Under the pieces are notes generated by a model. That model had not been told where the DNA came from, ran no database searches, and saw only the letters and a list, made by a program, of their open reading frames with translations. 64,000 bases of DNA. Origin: Mobula birostris. Taxonomy: Eukaryota. Location of the stretch: assembly GCF_030028105.1 (NCBI RefSeq), contig NC_092379.1, positions 91,871,006 through 91,935,005 of the forward strand. Reading direction: 5' to 3'. Positions 1 to 12,600 of the stretch are shown piece after piece (the stretch's first letter is position 1; the number at the start of each line of letters is the position of its first letter). The position numbers and the translations under genes are program-made.

Positions 1-900
1 GGTGTCAGGCTTATAACTTCCTACTTTATTCTTAGAGCCTTTCTTAAACAGTGGAACAACATTTGTCCAGTACCTCACCTGTTGCTAAGGATGACTTAAA
101 TATCCCAGCTAGGGCCCCTGCAATTTTTGCTCTTGCCTCCCATGGAGTCAAAGAGCACCTTATCTGGCCACCCTGATTTGCCTCAAGACAGCAAGCACCT
201 CCCCCTCTGTAATCTATGGCATCCATGACCTCCCTGATGCTTTGCTTCACTTCTATAAATTCTAAGTTTGTCTTCTGAGTAAATATCAATGCAAAAAATC
301 CATTTAAGATCTCCCCCATTTTGTTTGGATCCATGCATAGAGTATCATTCTGATAATCCAGAGAACAGATTTTGTCCCTCGAAATCCTTTGACCCTTAAG
401 CCCTTAGGATTCATCTTCACCTGGTCTGGTAAAGCAACCTCATGCCTACTTTTAGCTTTCCTGACTTCTTTCTTAAGTGTTCTCTTGCATTTCTTATACA
501 CCTCAAGTACATTTGTTCCCACCTGCCTATCTGCTATGTAACTCCTTTCTTTTTCTTAACTAGAGCTTCAATATCTCTCAAAAACCAAGGTTCCCTAAAT
601 CTGCCTTTTATTCTGACAGCCACATACAAACCTTGTGCTCTCAAAATTTCACTTTTGAGGCCTCATTCTTATCAAGTACACCCTTGCCAGAAAACAGCCT
701 GTCTCAATTCACACTTGCCAGATCTTTCCTGATACCATCAAAATTAGCCTTGCTCCAACGTAGTCTCAACCAGAAGACCAGACCTATCCTTTTCCATAAT
801 TACCCTTAACCTAATGGCATTATGATCACTAGATGCAAAGTGTTCCCCCACACAAACTTCTGCCAACTGTCCCGTCTCATTCACTAATAGGAGATCAAGT
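1..900 (-). mobile_element. Degraded CR1-clade LINE fragment (ORF2 EN-RT linker)
   Basis: Minus ORFs 44-334 and 304-522 (MGEILNGFFALIFT..., KKEVRKAKSRHE...NPK) parallel the CR1 ORF2 at 22053-23927; boundaries approximate. Confidence 0.75.
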
Positions 901-904
901 ATTT

Positions 905-3263
905 GTTGTCTTGAGGTGTTTACTGTCTTGAGGAAAATTAGTGTTGATAAACTCCCAGAGGTGTTACCTCAGACCCTATGGGAAGCTAGTGCAGAAATTC
1001 CAGGGGCTCTATTTAAATGTCTTTAACTACAGGTGAGATGCTGAAGGATTGGAGGACAGGTAATGTTGTTCCCTTTTTTAATAAAGGCTCTAAGAATAAG
1101 CCAGGAAATTAAATGCCAGTAGCAGGTAAGTTATTGGAAGGTATTCTAAGGGACTGGATATATAAGTATTTGGATAGACAGGGACTGATTATGAATAGTC
1201 AACGTGGCTTAGTGCATTGGAAGTTTGCGTCTAACCAATCTTATAGAGTTTTTCGAGGAGGTTACCAGGAAAGTTGATGAAGGACAATAATCAGAATCAG
1301 AATCAGGTTTAATATCACTGGGATATATCGTGAAGTTTGTTAACTTTGCATTTACAGTATAGTGCAATACATAATAGCGAGAAAAGAAACTGTGAATTAC
1401 AGTAAGTATATTTATAGTCATAGTCATACTTTATTGATCCCGGGGGAAATTGGTTTTTGTTACAGTTGCACCATAAATAATAAATAGTAATAAAACCAGA
1501 AATAGTTAAATAGTAATAAGTAAATTATGCCAGGAAATAAGTCCAGGACCAGCCTATTGGCTCAGGGTGTCTGACCCTCCAAGGGAGGAGTTGTAAAGTT
1601 TGATGGCCACAGGCAGGAATGACTTCCTATGACGCTCTGTGTTGCATCTCGGTGGAATGAGTCTCTGGCTGAATGTACTCCTGTGCCCACCCAGTACATT
1701 ATGTAGTGGATGGGAGACATTGTCCAAGATGGCATGCGACTTAGACGGCATCCCCTTTTCAGACACCACCGTCAGAGAGTCCAGTTCTATCCCCACAACA
1801 TCACTGGCCTTACGAATGAGTTTGTTGATCCTGTTGGTGTCTGCTACCCTCAACCTGCTGCCCCAGCACACAACAGCAAACATGATAGCACTGGCCACCA
1901 CAGACTCGTAGAACATCCTCAGCATTGTCCGGCAGATGTTAAAGGACCTCAGTCTCCTCAGGAAATAGAGATGGCTCTGACCTTCAATAATTATATTAAA
2001 TAAGTAGTGCAAAAAATTAGAAATTAAAAAGTAGTGAAGTTCAATAGGTTCATGGGTTCAATGTCCATTCAGAAATCAGATGGCAGAGGGGAAGAAGCAG
2101 CGGATGTTGTCTACATGCACTTTAGCAAGGCCTTTGATAAGGTCCCGTATGGGAGTTTGCATGGAAATTAAGTCGTTTCGCTTCCAGGATGAGGCAGTAA
2201 ATTGGATTAGACATTGGCTTCGTGGGAGAAGCTAGAGAGTGGTAGTAATGGTTGCCTCTCTGACTGGAGCTTTCAGACTAACAGTGTGCTGCAGTAATCG
2301 GTGCTGGGTCTGTTGTTGTCATCTATATCAATGATCTGTACAATAATGTGGTTAACTACATCAGCAAATTTGTGGATGACATCATCATTGGGGATGTAGA
2401 TGACAGCAAGGGAGATTATCAGCAGGATCTGGACTAACTGGTAAATGGGCTGAAAAATACCAGATGTAATTTAGTGCAGACAAGTGTGAGGTGTTGCACC
2501 TTGGGAGGACAGACCAGGGTAGTACTTACATGATGAAGAGTAGGGCGGAGGAGTATGGTAGAGCAAAGGGATCTGGGACTATAGATCCATAATTCCTTGA
2601 AAGTGGCATCACAGGTAGATAGGGTCATAAAGAACGCTGTTGGCACACTGGCCTTCATAAAATGTTGAGTACGAGTCGGGATATTATGTTGAAGTTGTAC
2701 AAGATGTTGGAGAGGCCTAATTTGGAGCACTGTGTGCAGTTTTGGACACTTACCTACGAGAAATATGTCAATAAGACTGAAATAGTGCAGAGAAAATTTG
2801 CAAGGATTTTGCCAGGACTTGAACTGAGTTACAGGGAAAAGTTAAATAAGTTTTGACTTTATTCCCTGGAGCACAGGAGAATGAGGGGAGATTTGACAGA
2901 GGTATACAAAATCATGAGGGGTATAAATTTGTTAAATGCAAGCAGGCTTTTGCCACTGAGGTTGGGTGAGACTAGAACTGGAAGTCATTGTTTAAGTGTG
3001 AAAGTTTGAAATGTTTAAGGGGAATATGAGGGTGATCCTCTTCACTCAGAATGTGGTGAGAATGTGGAATGAGCTGCCAGCAAAAGTGGTGGATATGGGT
3101 TCAATTTCAACATTTAAGAGAAATTTGGATAGGTACAGGTTTGAGCGGGGTATGGAGCACTATGGTCTGGGTGCAGGTCAATGGGAGTAGGCAGATTAAT
3201 AGTTCAGCACAGACTAGGTCAGCTGAAGAGCCTGTTTCAGTGCTGTAGTATTCTATGACTCTA
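905..3263 (+). mobile_element. Degraded CR1 LINE (RT region to 3' tail), interrupted at about 1288-2095
   Basis: ttagcaaggcctttgataagg (FSKAFDK), aaatttgtggatgac (FADD-like), ORF 2662-2856 (LYKMLERPNLEHCVQFW), tail ttctatgactcta. Confidence 0.8.
1288..2095 (-). mobile_element. Two nested 5'-truncated Rex1/Babar(L2-like) LINE ends; younger copy about 1414-1984
   Basis: ORF 1554-2012 (LYFLRRLRSFN...FYESVVAS...RHRKSFLPVAIKLYN), typical of the C-terminal RT tail of these LINEs; microsatellite tails (AATCAG)n and (ATAGTC)n. Confidence 0.75.
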
Positions 3264-3858
3264 ATTCTTCAATTGAAATAACTTGCTCCTGCCATTTTTC
3301 TCTCTATCCAGTTCCTCTTACTCCCCTACCACTGGATTCCCTCCCTGCCCGGTCTACTTCCCTTATTTGGTTCCATGCTCTCCTAACTTTCCTAGCAGAT
3401 TCTACCATCTGGACCCCCTTTTTGCCTCCAATGACTTCCCAACCTCCATCACTATTTATCTGTCATCCCTCTTCAGTTGGATCTATCCCTTCCCCTCACT
3501 GGCTGTTTAACATATACCAATTTAGGATATCCAGTTAAAGAAACCCTGGTTGTGGAAGGAAGTCAGAGCATTAGTTGCTGCTCCAATGTGCTGCTCAAGC
3601 ATTACCAATAATGACAGCTTACCAAGAATTAATTCATAGTTGGTGGCCAGATGGCTGATGTAAAATTTTAATACATAATTAAATGAACATACAAGATGGC
3701 AAGAAGTTAATTAGTATTTGTCTTGGAGTAAATTTCAGGATATCTCTGCACTCTCTTGCCATTCCTGGGTGATCAAGTTATTGTGACTTTTTTCCTGCTG
3801 TACTGACAATCTGAAAAGATGAGATTGGAGCGTAGCATTTGCAGGCAATGATTAGATT

Positions 3859-3980
3859 TCAGCTTTTCTTTTGTTCTTTTAAAAAACCTGAACAGCAAAC
3901 TGATGTCTTTGCATGTATCTTACAGCAGTCGTGCATATCTCGGATCACATGTTGGCATTTGCTTTCTTGGTAATGATGAG
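3859..3980 (-). CDS. CMC4: CMC4 (Cx9C motif protein 4, p8 MTCP1) last coding exon
   Basis: Acceptor tcttttacAG at 3982-3981; encodes (A)HHYQESKCQHVIRDMHDCCKIHAKTSVCCSGFLKEQKKS*; matches human ...ESKCQAVIQELRKCC...VCSGF; phase 1 agrees with upstream exon. Confidence 0.93.
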
Positions 3981-4738
3981 CTGTAAAAGAAGCATCAAAT
4001 AAAATTTCTGTTATCCTACATGTTCATCCAGTTTCTTTTCCTTGCAGGAAATCCCCACGGATGCCAACTGAGGAAAAGAAAGTTATTGGTAAATCATGTT
4101 TTATTAAGTTACTATTGATTACTAGTGTAATCCCCGCAAAAGTGAATGGATGATGCTGAAACTACAGACCTAAGATTGCCTTTTTGTCATGATGGCTCTG
4201 ACTGTCTCAAGTAATCAGCTTTCTTATAAACACTGTGTGACAGTTTGTTCTTTTTTAATACACTGAACTGTGTCTGGAAAAGGACTGAATCTGAAAGAGT
4301 CATTGTTGAAATTGGTGAGGATATAGTTAGGCCTAGAAGATCCAGTTTTTATTTTTTAAATGTAATCTAAAACCCTATTCAGAATAAGGGTGCGTTGAAC
4401 TCTCCACTTCTCTAATAAGTTGTTCTGGCAAACATTTCTGTAAGGTCATGAATAATGCTACAAAAGTTTTCAACCAATATTGGAAGGTAAGCCACATCTG
4501 TCCAAGGGACATTGCATTACTGAAATTATTTTCTGTTATTTACAAGTTGTATTAGAGATTAAATTTTTGCAATACCCACTTGTGGCTGTTTAATAAAAGC
4601 ATAATGCATTAGCATTGATCTTAATGCGATTAAACAGCTACATAATAAAGTCATATATGATAGATATGAGAGAATAAAATGAATGACAGGCTGATGTGAG
4701 TAAAGCATTTTAAAAGAAGAGGGAACATTGAACTTCAC

Positions 4739-4796
4739 CTTGGAGACACTTCTGTATTTCACAGGCTTGCTTTTGGCAGGGATCTTTGGTAGACAT
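4739..4796 (-). CDS. CMC4: CMC4 first coding exon
   Basis: ATG at 4796, MSTKDPCQKQACEIQKCLQ (human MPQKDPCQKQACEIQKCLQ); donor G|GTGAAG at 4738; acceptor tttctcttAG at 4805-4804 leaves 7 nt of UTR; joined product 59 aa, twin CX9C. Confidence 0.95.
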
Positions 4797-5399
4797 TATG
4801 TGCCTAAGAGAAAAAAAAAGAATAGCCGTTCATAATATTTTCTATTTTTAATACAATTATCTCACTTCCTTTGACCCTTCTGAAAAACTGATTCTCTTGG
4901 AATATCTGCCATCCAAGTACATTAAACACCTTATGCACATGTGAGGATATCAAAGAATAAGATTCTGAAACAGTGAAGGTAAAACTGGATAGACCACCTG
5001 GCATCAACATGGGCACCAGATTCAGACACTGCAAAGTCAACTACAGCTTGGTCGACCATGGAAAGTTGCTGTCACAATATTTAGGGGCAACCGATTCAAT
5101 TGGGAGCTATAAGTTAGCAATCATGTGATACAATCATACAGAATTATATTTTGCAGCTGGTGTCCATATATCTCCATTACAATTGTTGGGCCTAAAGAAT
5201 GGGCAGAGGCAAAGAGACAGTAATATAGTATGTGGAAGTAGTCATCAACATCAATTCCAAACAGTATGAAGTCTCATGTCATCAAGCTAATTGTGGGCAT
5301 GGAAACCAAAACAAACATTAAATCTGTCTTAGCCAGTCTTATCACCGCCCATATGTACTTAGCCATGTTGTACAGCACGTGGATGAAGCACTGAAAGTA

Positions 5400-5880
5400 G
5401 CAAGAATACAATGATGCATTTGCAAAGAAGGCATGCCAGTGGCTCTACTCTAAAAGGAGATTGAGGAAATTTGGTTTGTCACCAAAAACTCTTGCAAATT
5501 TCTACGAATTTATGATGGAGAGCTTTCTAATTGGTTGCATCACAGCATGGTGTGAAGCCATCAAACATACAGGATTACAAGAAGTTGCAGAGACTTGTAG
5601 ACTCAGCCAGTTCCATGATGGGCACAACCCTCCCTGCCATCGAGGACATCTCCAACAGGTGGTGCCTCAACATGGCAGCATCCATCATTAAAGATCCTCA
5701 CCATCCAGAACGTGCCCTACGTGTGTTACTTCCATCAGGGAGGAGGTACAGGAGCCTGAAGATACAGATTAATTGTTTTAGCAACATACAGAAATGCTGG
5801 AGGAACTCAACTAGTCAGGCAGCATCTATAGAGGGGAATAAACAGCTGACGTTTCAGGCCGAGAGCCTTTATCAAGTCCT
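5400..5880 (+). mobile_element. Rex1/Babar-type LINE 3' fragment followed by an inverted Penelope terminal fragment (about 5783-5880)
   Basis: ORFs 5461-5691 and 5531-5902 (KFGLSPKTLANFY, LLPSGRRYRSLK); then aaatgctggaggaactca...gacgtttcaggccgaga, the reverse complement of the Penelope tail at 28070-28168. Confidence 0.7.
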
Positions 5881-7155
5881 CTTAATGAGGAGTGTGAGAT
5901 AAACAACCCAAAATGAGACATTAAAGGGCAGGTGAATTGTATTCATCAAAATTGCTAACATCATGGCTTGACACATCTCTCACCCTACCATTACATAAAC
6001 TAAACCAGCACTTCCTTAATCAGAAGTATACTATTACGGCAATGCTACATTTGAGACCCCTAACACCACAAATTACTAAGGGAGCAGGTATGTGAGAACT
6101 CCACAATAAGCAAGTTCCCTTCCAGCCTGAAGTAATACATTGCCAATCCTCAATTCTCGAAATCCTACCATTCTCTATCTAAGTTGTGGTGGGGGGAGGG
6201 GGGAACGTCAAGTTGTGGTGGATGCATGTCAAATACAAGTGTTTCACATATTTTGAGGGCAATTTATTGCCCCACAGATGTTTAGAAGCTGTGCAGCTTT
6301 CATTGATTATAATTGCCACCACTGCTGCTGAAAGTTGGCAATGCCCGAGTAAAATTTATACATTTACAATGGTGAGAACGATTAGCAAGCATTTGGTTTT
6401 ATTGATTTCCATGTTATCCTCACAGAAAAAAAAACACTAAGTCCATTTATCTGAACTTTTCAATTACTGTTTTGCATTTTGCTAAAGTCAGACTTTGGAC
6501 CTGAATTGACTTCAGGGTCCCAGAGAGTATTCAGAAACAGAAGGATCTTTGTGTATAGGAATATAGGTCACTTCATATACAAAGTGGATAAAATAATGAA
6601 CAAACTATGTGGGATCCTTGCCTTTATGAACTGGAACATAGAATACAACATAATGGAGGTCGTGGTACAGCTTTTGAAAACTTTATCTGTCTCCTCGGTG
6701 CAGGGAATGCCACACCGCATGCATGGTGACTTGCTGTCAAACCATGGAAGGCATTTTTAAGTTGTCCGTACGAAATTTAAAAGCTTAGGCAATGGTAGGG
6801 GAGAAAAGAACTGAAGTTCCAGATTGTAAACATAGAATTACGCAGTAGACAATTTTGGGGAAAAACAAAAAAAAATAAAAAGCTATTTATAAATAGTAGA
6901 AATTTCAACGATCCACAAAATCCTATGGAGCCACCCTTCGCACCTTGTGTTACAAAGATTGCGACAAGAAAAATACTAAAGCCCAGTTTTGACCTACAAT
7001 CTACCCTCCCTATCCTTATTAATGTGACATTGGACGGAAAGTCAAATTGCAAATCACATCTTGGGGTCTCAAGATGCACACATGAATGCGGCCTTTTGAT
7101 AAGCTACTTTTGCCCTTTGTTTTTTAAAGTGTGATAGATCAGCTATTGCAGTTAC

Positions 7156-7260
7156 CTCAAATTGTCATTGCAGCTGCCTGCGACTGTTTCCGTAACAACA
7201 GTGCCGGAGATACGGTGTCACCTAAAACTAGGTTCGTGCTCGTCCCAGAAGGAGCGGATG
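7156..7260 (-). other. CMC4: Candidate non-coding first exon of CMC4
   Basis: Minus-strand donor TTGAG|GTAACT at 7155 at the edge of the CpG-rich block; the CMC4 ATG exon has an acceptor so an upstream exon is required; 5' end unknown. Confidence 0.45.
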
Positions 7261-7900
7261 AGAATAATTAAAATCTTCTCAAACATCCGACATAACTAGG
7301 ATACAAAAAAAAATTTCTCAACCCCCCCTCCCCGCGTCCGTAAAAACGGAAAAACTCCACATTATGTCTTGTTGTTTGTGTCAGAGTCACAGCTTCAGTT
7401 GGAAAATACCCCGGAACTACGTCGCAGCCTGTGTTTTCCAACCGACGCCATCTGTTTCCCTTGCTGTCGGGAAGACAGAACATCCGGTTTCGATAAATCG
7501 ATTTTAGACTCGATTTGCAGCGGTTATCGGGCAGACATGGCGGTGTGTGGGGTTCACCTGGACTCTGATGCCTTCCTCGTATGTTTGAATCACGCTCTGT
7601 CCACAGAAAAAGAGGAAGTGATGGGTCTCTGTATTGGAGAGGTACAAATTCCTTAGCAACCAGGCCGGGCGACCGTCGTCCTAGCAACCGCGCGCCCCTC
7701 CGACCAACCAGTGCCTCCCCTTAGTAACGGGGCTGGGTTCTCTCGCGCAGCATCCGAGCTTCTCGACCCGCGGCACAGCAATGAAAACCGTCGCCTTAGG
7801 GACAGAGTTTGTGGCCTCCCAACCAGGCCCGGGTCCATTACAAAGGCCACTGTACCGACGCCAAGGCAGCAACCGCTGTTTGGTTTCCACTGGACCAACG
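7160..7900. promoter_or_regulatory. CpG-rich bidirectional promoter region shared by CMC4 and BRCC3
   Basis: Visible CpG enrichment in otherwise CpG-poor DNA; ETS-like CCGGAA (about 7411), YY1-like ACATGGCGG over the BRCC3 ATG, several RFX X-box-like motifs; head-to-head layout as in human CMC4/BRCC3. Confidence 0.75.
7537..7641 (+). CDS. BRCC3: BRCC3 (BRCC36, K63-specific JAMM deubiquitinase) coding exon 1
   Basis: MAVCGVHLDSDAFLVCLNHALSTEKEEVMGLCIGE, donor GAG|GTACAA; near-identical to human VHLESDAFLVCLNHALSTEKEEVMGLCIGE. Confidence 0.97.
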
Positions 7901-9635
7901 GTTCTTCAGTGGGCTGTTCATGATGAGCAGAGGGGTGGCTATTTGCCCCATCCTGTGCTGGCGTCAGGTAAAAGTCCCATTCAAGTAACGAGAAAGCAAA
8001 CAAGCCTCTAGAAACCGAAAACTAGGGAGAGAGTTGCCAATGCATTTCAGAGTCGTCCCCCCCAGTAAAATTGTACAAACAGTTGTTAATTATTCAACTA
8101 TTACAAATTTTGTAGATATCGTCTAGAAAATGGCAATTTGGGACTTGGGAGAAGCAGGCGACTATGAGCTAAAGACTTCAAAAGATTTCCAGCATTTGAG
8201 TAGAGAATGATTGCACTAATCGTCAAAACTCACATTTTGCTCCATCATCTACCAGAATGATAGAAGAAGAAAAATTAGATCTTCATTCTAAATCAATCTG
8301 ACAAGCTTTTCTATAAATGTCTGCTTTTCCCTCAGATTCATATGGTTAATTTCTTACCCCTTTCAACTCTCCATCCCGATTTCTTGGGGCAGGTTAGTGA
8401 TTGCAGCTGCCTTGGTTTCATCTTGGTACCTTTAAGGATGCTTTTCTTTTTCTTTAGGATAACAGTCTATCACATCAGTTTTGACAAAGCAATTTTCCAT
8501 ACTGACATTGCTGATATGTCTTTCCTCTTCCACTGTATTTATAGGATTCACAAGAGTAGCCAGCCAATTTTTCACACATCTATCTGATCTTCCCTCTTTC
8601 CTAAAAAAAAATGATGTCTGGATTCTTCTATTTCTTGCCTTCTAGCCTCTACCTTCATCAGATCATTTCTTACCATTTCTTGCATCTCTGGTGAACTACC
8701 ATCTCCTTCCTCCTCCTCTTGGGACAACTGTCCTTTTGATCTTCTCACAGTGTCCGGAGACTATAAACATTTTGTTTTCTGTGAAATACAAATATATTTG
8801 TGTGTTTTAAAAGTCCTGTACTATATTCAATGCTCATGGATATTTACATTGTGGAAACCAATTGCAGAACAGATGACAACATAACTCAATTCATATGTGT
8901 GACTTTGAGCTTCTGATAACCTGTCTCTTTAATTCTCTGTCTTGCTAGCCTGACCTTCATATCTTGGGCTGCTCCACTGTTCCAATAATGCCTGATGTAA
9001 TTTTTCAATGAGTTACAGCTTAGGTTCAACATTTTCAACAATTTTTGATAGTAATTCTGTAATCCTCATATGGACTTGTTTTTGTCTTTTTACTTGTCTC
9101 ATTATCTCACCCTGTCACCTGCACCATCATTGCTTGTGTTATATTATCTAGGAAACATCAATTTTTCCCATGCAGGGGCATTCAACATATTCTTCCAGTG
9201 CTCTTTCGATTGGAGGTTGGTTTAAGAGAGCAATAAATATTATCCACTGTTCAAAAAACAAGGCAAGGATAAGCAGCGTAACAACAGAAATGTCGTTTGA
9301 TCCTGGTGTGGGAAAGCTTTGAGAAGCATTAATCTGGAACAGGGTTAATGAATCACTTGGAGAAAAATGGGTTGATTAAGATAAACCAGCCTGAATATTT
9401 AAGGCAAATATATATATTTTTAACAAACTTGGCACTTTCTGATGAGATAATGGATAGACTTGTTGTGGTCATGCAACTGATGTGGTGTGCATAGATTTCC
9501 AGATACTATTTCATGGACTTAATAGCAGAGGTGAAACACATGGCACAGAAAGGGCATTTGGTAGTTGGCTAAGTAACAGTTAGTAGAAGGTTGTGGTGAA
9601 TAGTTGCTTTGGGGTCGAGAAGATGGTGAGCAAGC

Positions 9636-12600
9636 CCATAAGATATAGGAATAGAGCTAGGCATTTAGCCCGTCGAGTCTGTTCTGCTAGTTCATCATGG
9701 CTGATCTATTTTCCTCTCAACCCCAATCTCCTGCCTTATCCTCCTATCCCTTCATGCCCTGACTAATCAAGAATCTATTAACCTCTGCCTTAGATATACC
9801 CAATGACTTGGCCTTCACAGCAGCTTGTGGTAATGAATTCCACAGATTTGCTACTCTTTGGCGAAAGAAATTCCTTCTAATCTCCATTCTAATGGATGTA
9901 CCTCTATTCTGAGGCTGTGTCCTCTGGTCTTAGACTCCCCACCATAGGAAACATCCTCTCCACATCCATTCCATCAAGGCCTTTCACCATGCAATATTTT
10001 TCAATGAGATTCCGCCCCTCCCCATTCTTCTTAATTCCAGTGAGTACAGGCCCAGAGTTATCAAATGCTCCTCATATGATAAAGCTTTCAATCCCAGGAT
10101 CATTTTCATCAACCTTTGAACTTTCTCCAATGTTAGCACATCCTTTCTTAGATAAATCCTTGCTTTTAAATCCTAGTCCTCTCAAAATGAATGCTAACAT
10201 TGCATTTGTATTCCTTATCACCAGCTCAACCTGCAAGTTAACCTTCAGGGAATCCTGCACAAAGATTCCCAAGTTCCTTTGCACCTCAGAGTTTTGAATT
10301 TTCTCTCCATCTAGGCTTTTATTTCTTCTTCCAAAGTGCAGATCTTACAATTCTAGACACTATATTCCACCTGCCATTTCTTTGCCCATTCTCCTAATCT
10401 ATCTCTTTTGGTAGCCTCTCTGTTTCCTCGACACTACCTTACACTCCACCTACCTTCGTACCTTCTGCAACTTTGGTCATAAAGTCTTCAATTCTGCCAT
10501 CCAAATCATTGACATATAAGTAAAAAGAAGCAGCCTCAACACGGAACCTTGTGGAATACCAGTAGTCACCAGCAGTGAACCAGAAAAAGTTCCCTTTATT
10601 CCCACTTGTTGCCTCTTGCCTCCTGCCAATCAGCCAATGCTGTATCCGTGCTTAGTATCTTTCCTGTAATACTAGGGGCTCGTAGCTTGTTAAGCAGCTT
10701 CGTGTGGCACCTTGTCAAAGGCCTTCTGAAAATCCAAGTACACAACATCCACTAATTCTCTTTTGTCTATCCTGCTTGTTATTTCTTTAAAGAATTCCAA
10801 CAGATTTGTCAGGCAACGTTTTCCCTTAAGGAAACTGTTGAATGCGACCTATTTTATCATGTGGCTCCAAGTAACCTGAAACCACATCCTTAACAATCAA
10901 CTCCAGCATCTTCCCAACCACTGAGGTCAGAATAATAATTTCCTGCAATTTCCTTTCTTTTGCCTCTTTCCTATCTTAGAGTGACATTTACAATTTTCCA
11001 ATCCTCCAGAACCATGCCAGAATCCATTGATTCTTGAAAGATCATTACTAACGCCTTCACAGTCTTTTCAGTTACTTCTTTCAAAATGCTGGGGTGTAGA
11101 CTATTAGTCCAGGTGACTTATCTACCTTTAGATCTTTCAGTTTCCCAAGCACCTTCTCACACACTCCTGCCTGCTGACACTCTCGAACTTTCAGCATACT
11201 GTTAGTGTTTTCCACAGTGAAGGCTGACACAAAATACTTATTCAATTTGTCCGCCATTTCTTTGTCCCCAATTACTACCTCTCCAGCATAATTTTTCTGC
11301 AGTCCGATATCTACTCTCACCTCTTTTACACTTAATATATCTGAAGAAACTTTTGGTATCTTATATATTATTAGCTAGCTAATCTTTGTATTCCATTTTT
11401 TCCTCCTTTATGACTTTTTTAGTTGCATTTTGTTTTTTTAAAAGCTTCCTAATCCTCTTAACTTTCCATTAACTCTTGCTCTGTTATATACCCTCTCTTT
11501 GGCTTTTATTTTGATTTTGACTTTGACTTCTCTTGTCAGCCACGGTTGTGTCATGCTGCCTTTAGATTACTTTTTCTTCTTTGGTATGCATCTATCCTGC
11601 GCCTTCCAATTGCTCCCAGAAACTCCAGCTATTGCTGCTCTGCCATCATCCATTCCAATCAGTTTTGGCCAGATCCTCTCTCATGCCTCTGTAATTCCTT
11701 TTACTCTACCGTAGTACTGATATATCTGACTTTAGCTTCTCCTTCTCAAATTGCAGGGTGAATTCAATCATATTATGATCACTTGCCCCTAAGTGTTCTT
11801 TTGCCTTATGCTCTCTTATCAATTCTGGTTCATTGCACAACACCCAATCCAGAATAGTTGATACCCTAGTAGGCTCAACCACAAATAGATCTAAAAAGCC
11901 ACTCATAGGCGTTCTAGAAAATCCCCCTCTTGGGATTCAGCACCAACCTGAGTTTCCAACTCTACCTGCATATTGAAATCCCCCATGACTATCGTAACAT
12001 TGCGTTTTGTCTTGTGTTTTCTATCTCCCGTTGTAATTTGTTGACCACATCTTTGCTACTATTTGGAGTCTGTATGTACCTCCCAGCAGGGTCTTTTTAC
12101 CCTTGTAGTTTCTTAGCTCTACCCACAGTTTCTTAGCTCTACCTTTCAATCCTTTGTCACTGCTTTCAAATTATTTGATTTCATTTTTTTTTTATCAACA
12201 GAGTCACCCCACCTCCTCTGCCTACCAGCCTGTCCTTTCAGTACAATGTGTATCTTTGGATATCAAGTCCCAGCTGTGATTTCCTTTCAGCCACGATTCA
12301 GTGATCCTACAATGTCATACATGCCCATCTGTAACTTTCCTAAAGTTCATTTACCTTATTCTGGATACTGCATGCAATCATATGTAACACTTTCAGACCT
12401 GTATTCATCACCCTATTTGATTTTGTCTCCCTCTTACGTTGCAATCATCCCATTGACTGCAAATTTGCCCTATCATCAGCTTCTCCTTGTTAGCAGTCTC
12501 ACCACACACTGCCTCTGTTTGTAAATATCATTTGCCCCATCCTCAGCTCTATCACTCCAGTTTCCATCCCCCTGCCAAACCCTCCTGTACAGCTCTAACA

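Noticed and set aside
3983-4070. Strong-looking alternative minus-strand acceptor (ttttcctcAG near 4070) in the CMC4 intron
   Set aside because: Its use gives a stop after about 14 codons and removes the second CX9C; no supporting evidence.
7369-7656. 95-aa ORF suggesting a longer BRCC3 N-terminus
   Set aside because: Starts at a non-ATG codon in the promoter; homology begins at ATG 7537 and ends at the donor at 7642.
7268-8011. Several overlapping ORFs on both strands
   Set aside because: Expected in GC/CpG-rich promoter DNA; no homology recognised.
12109-12143. Short tandem duplication tttcttagctctacc
   Set aside because: Local slippage inside a dead CR1 copy.
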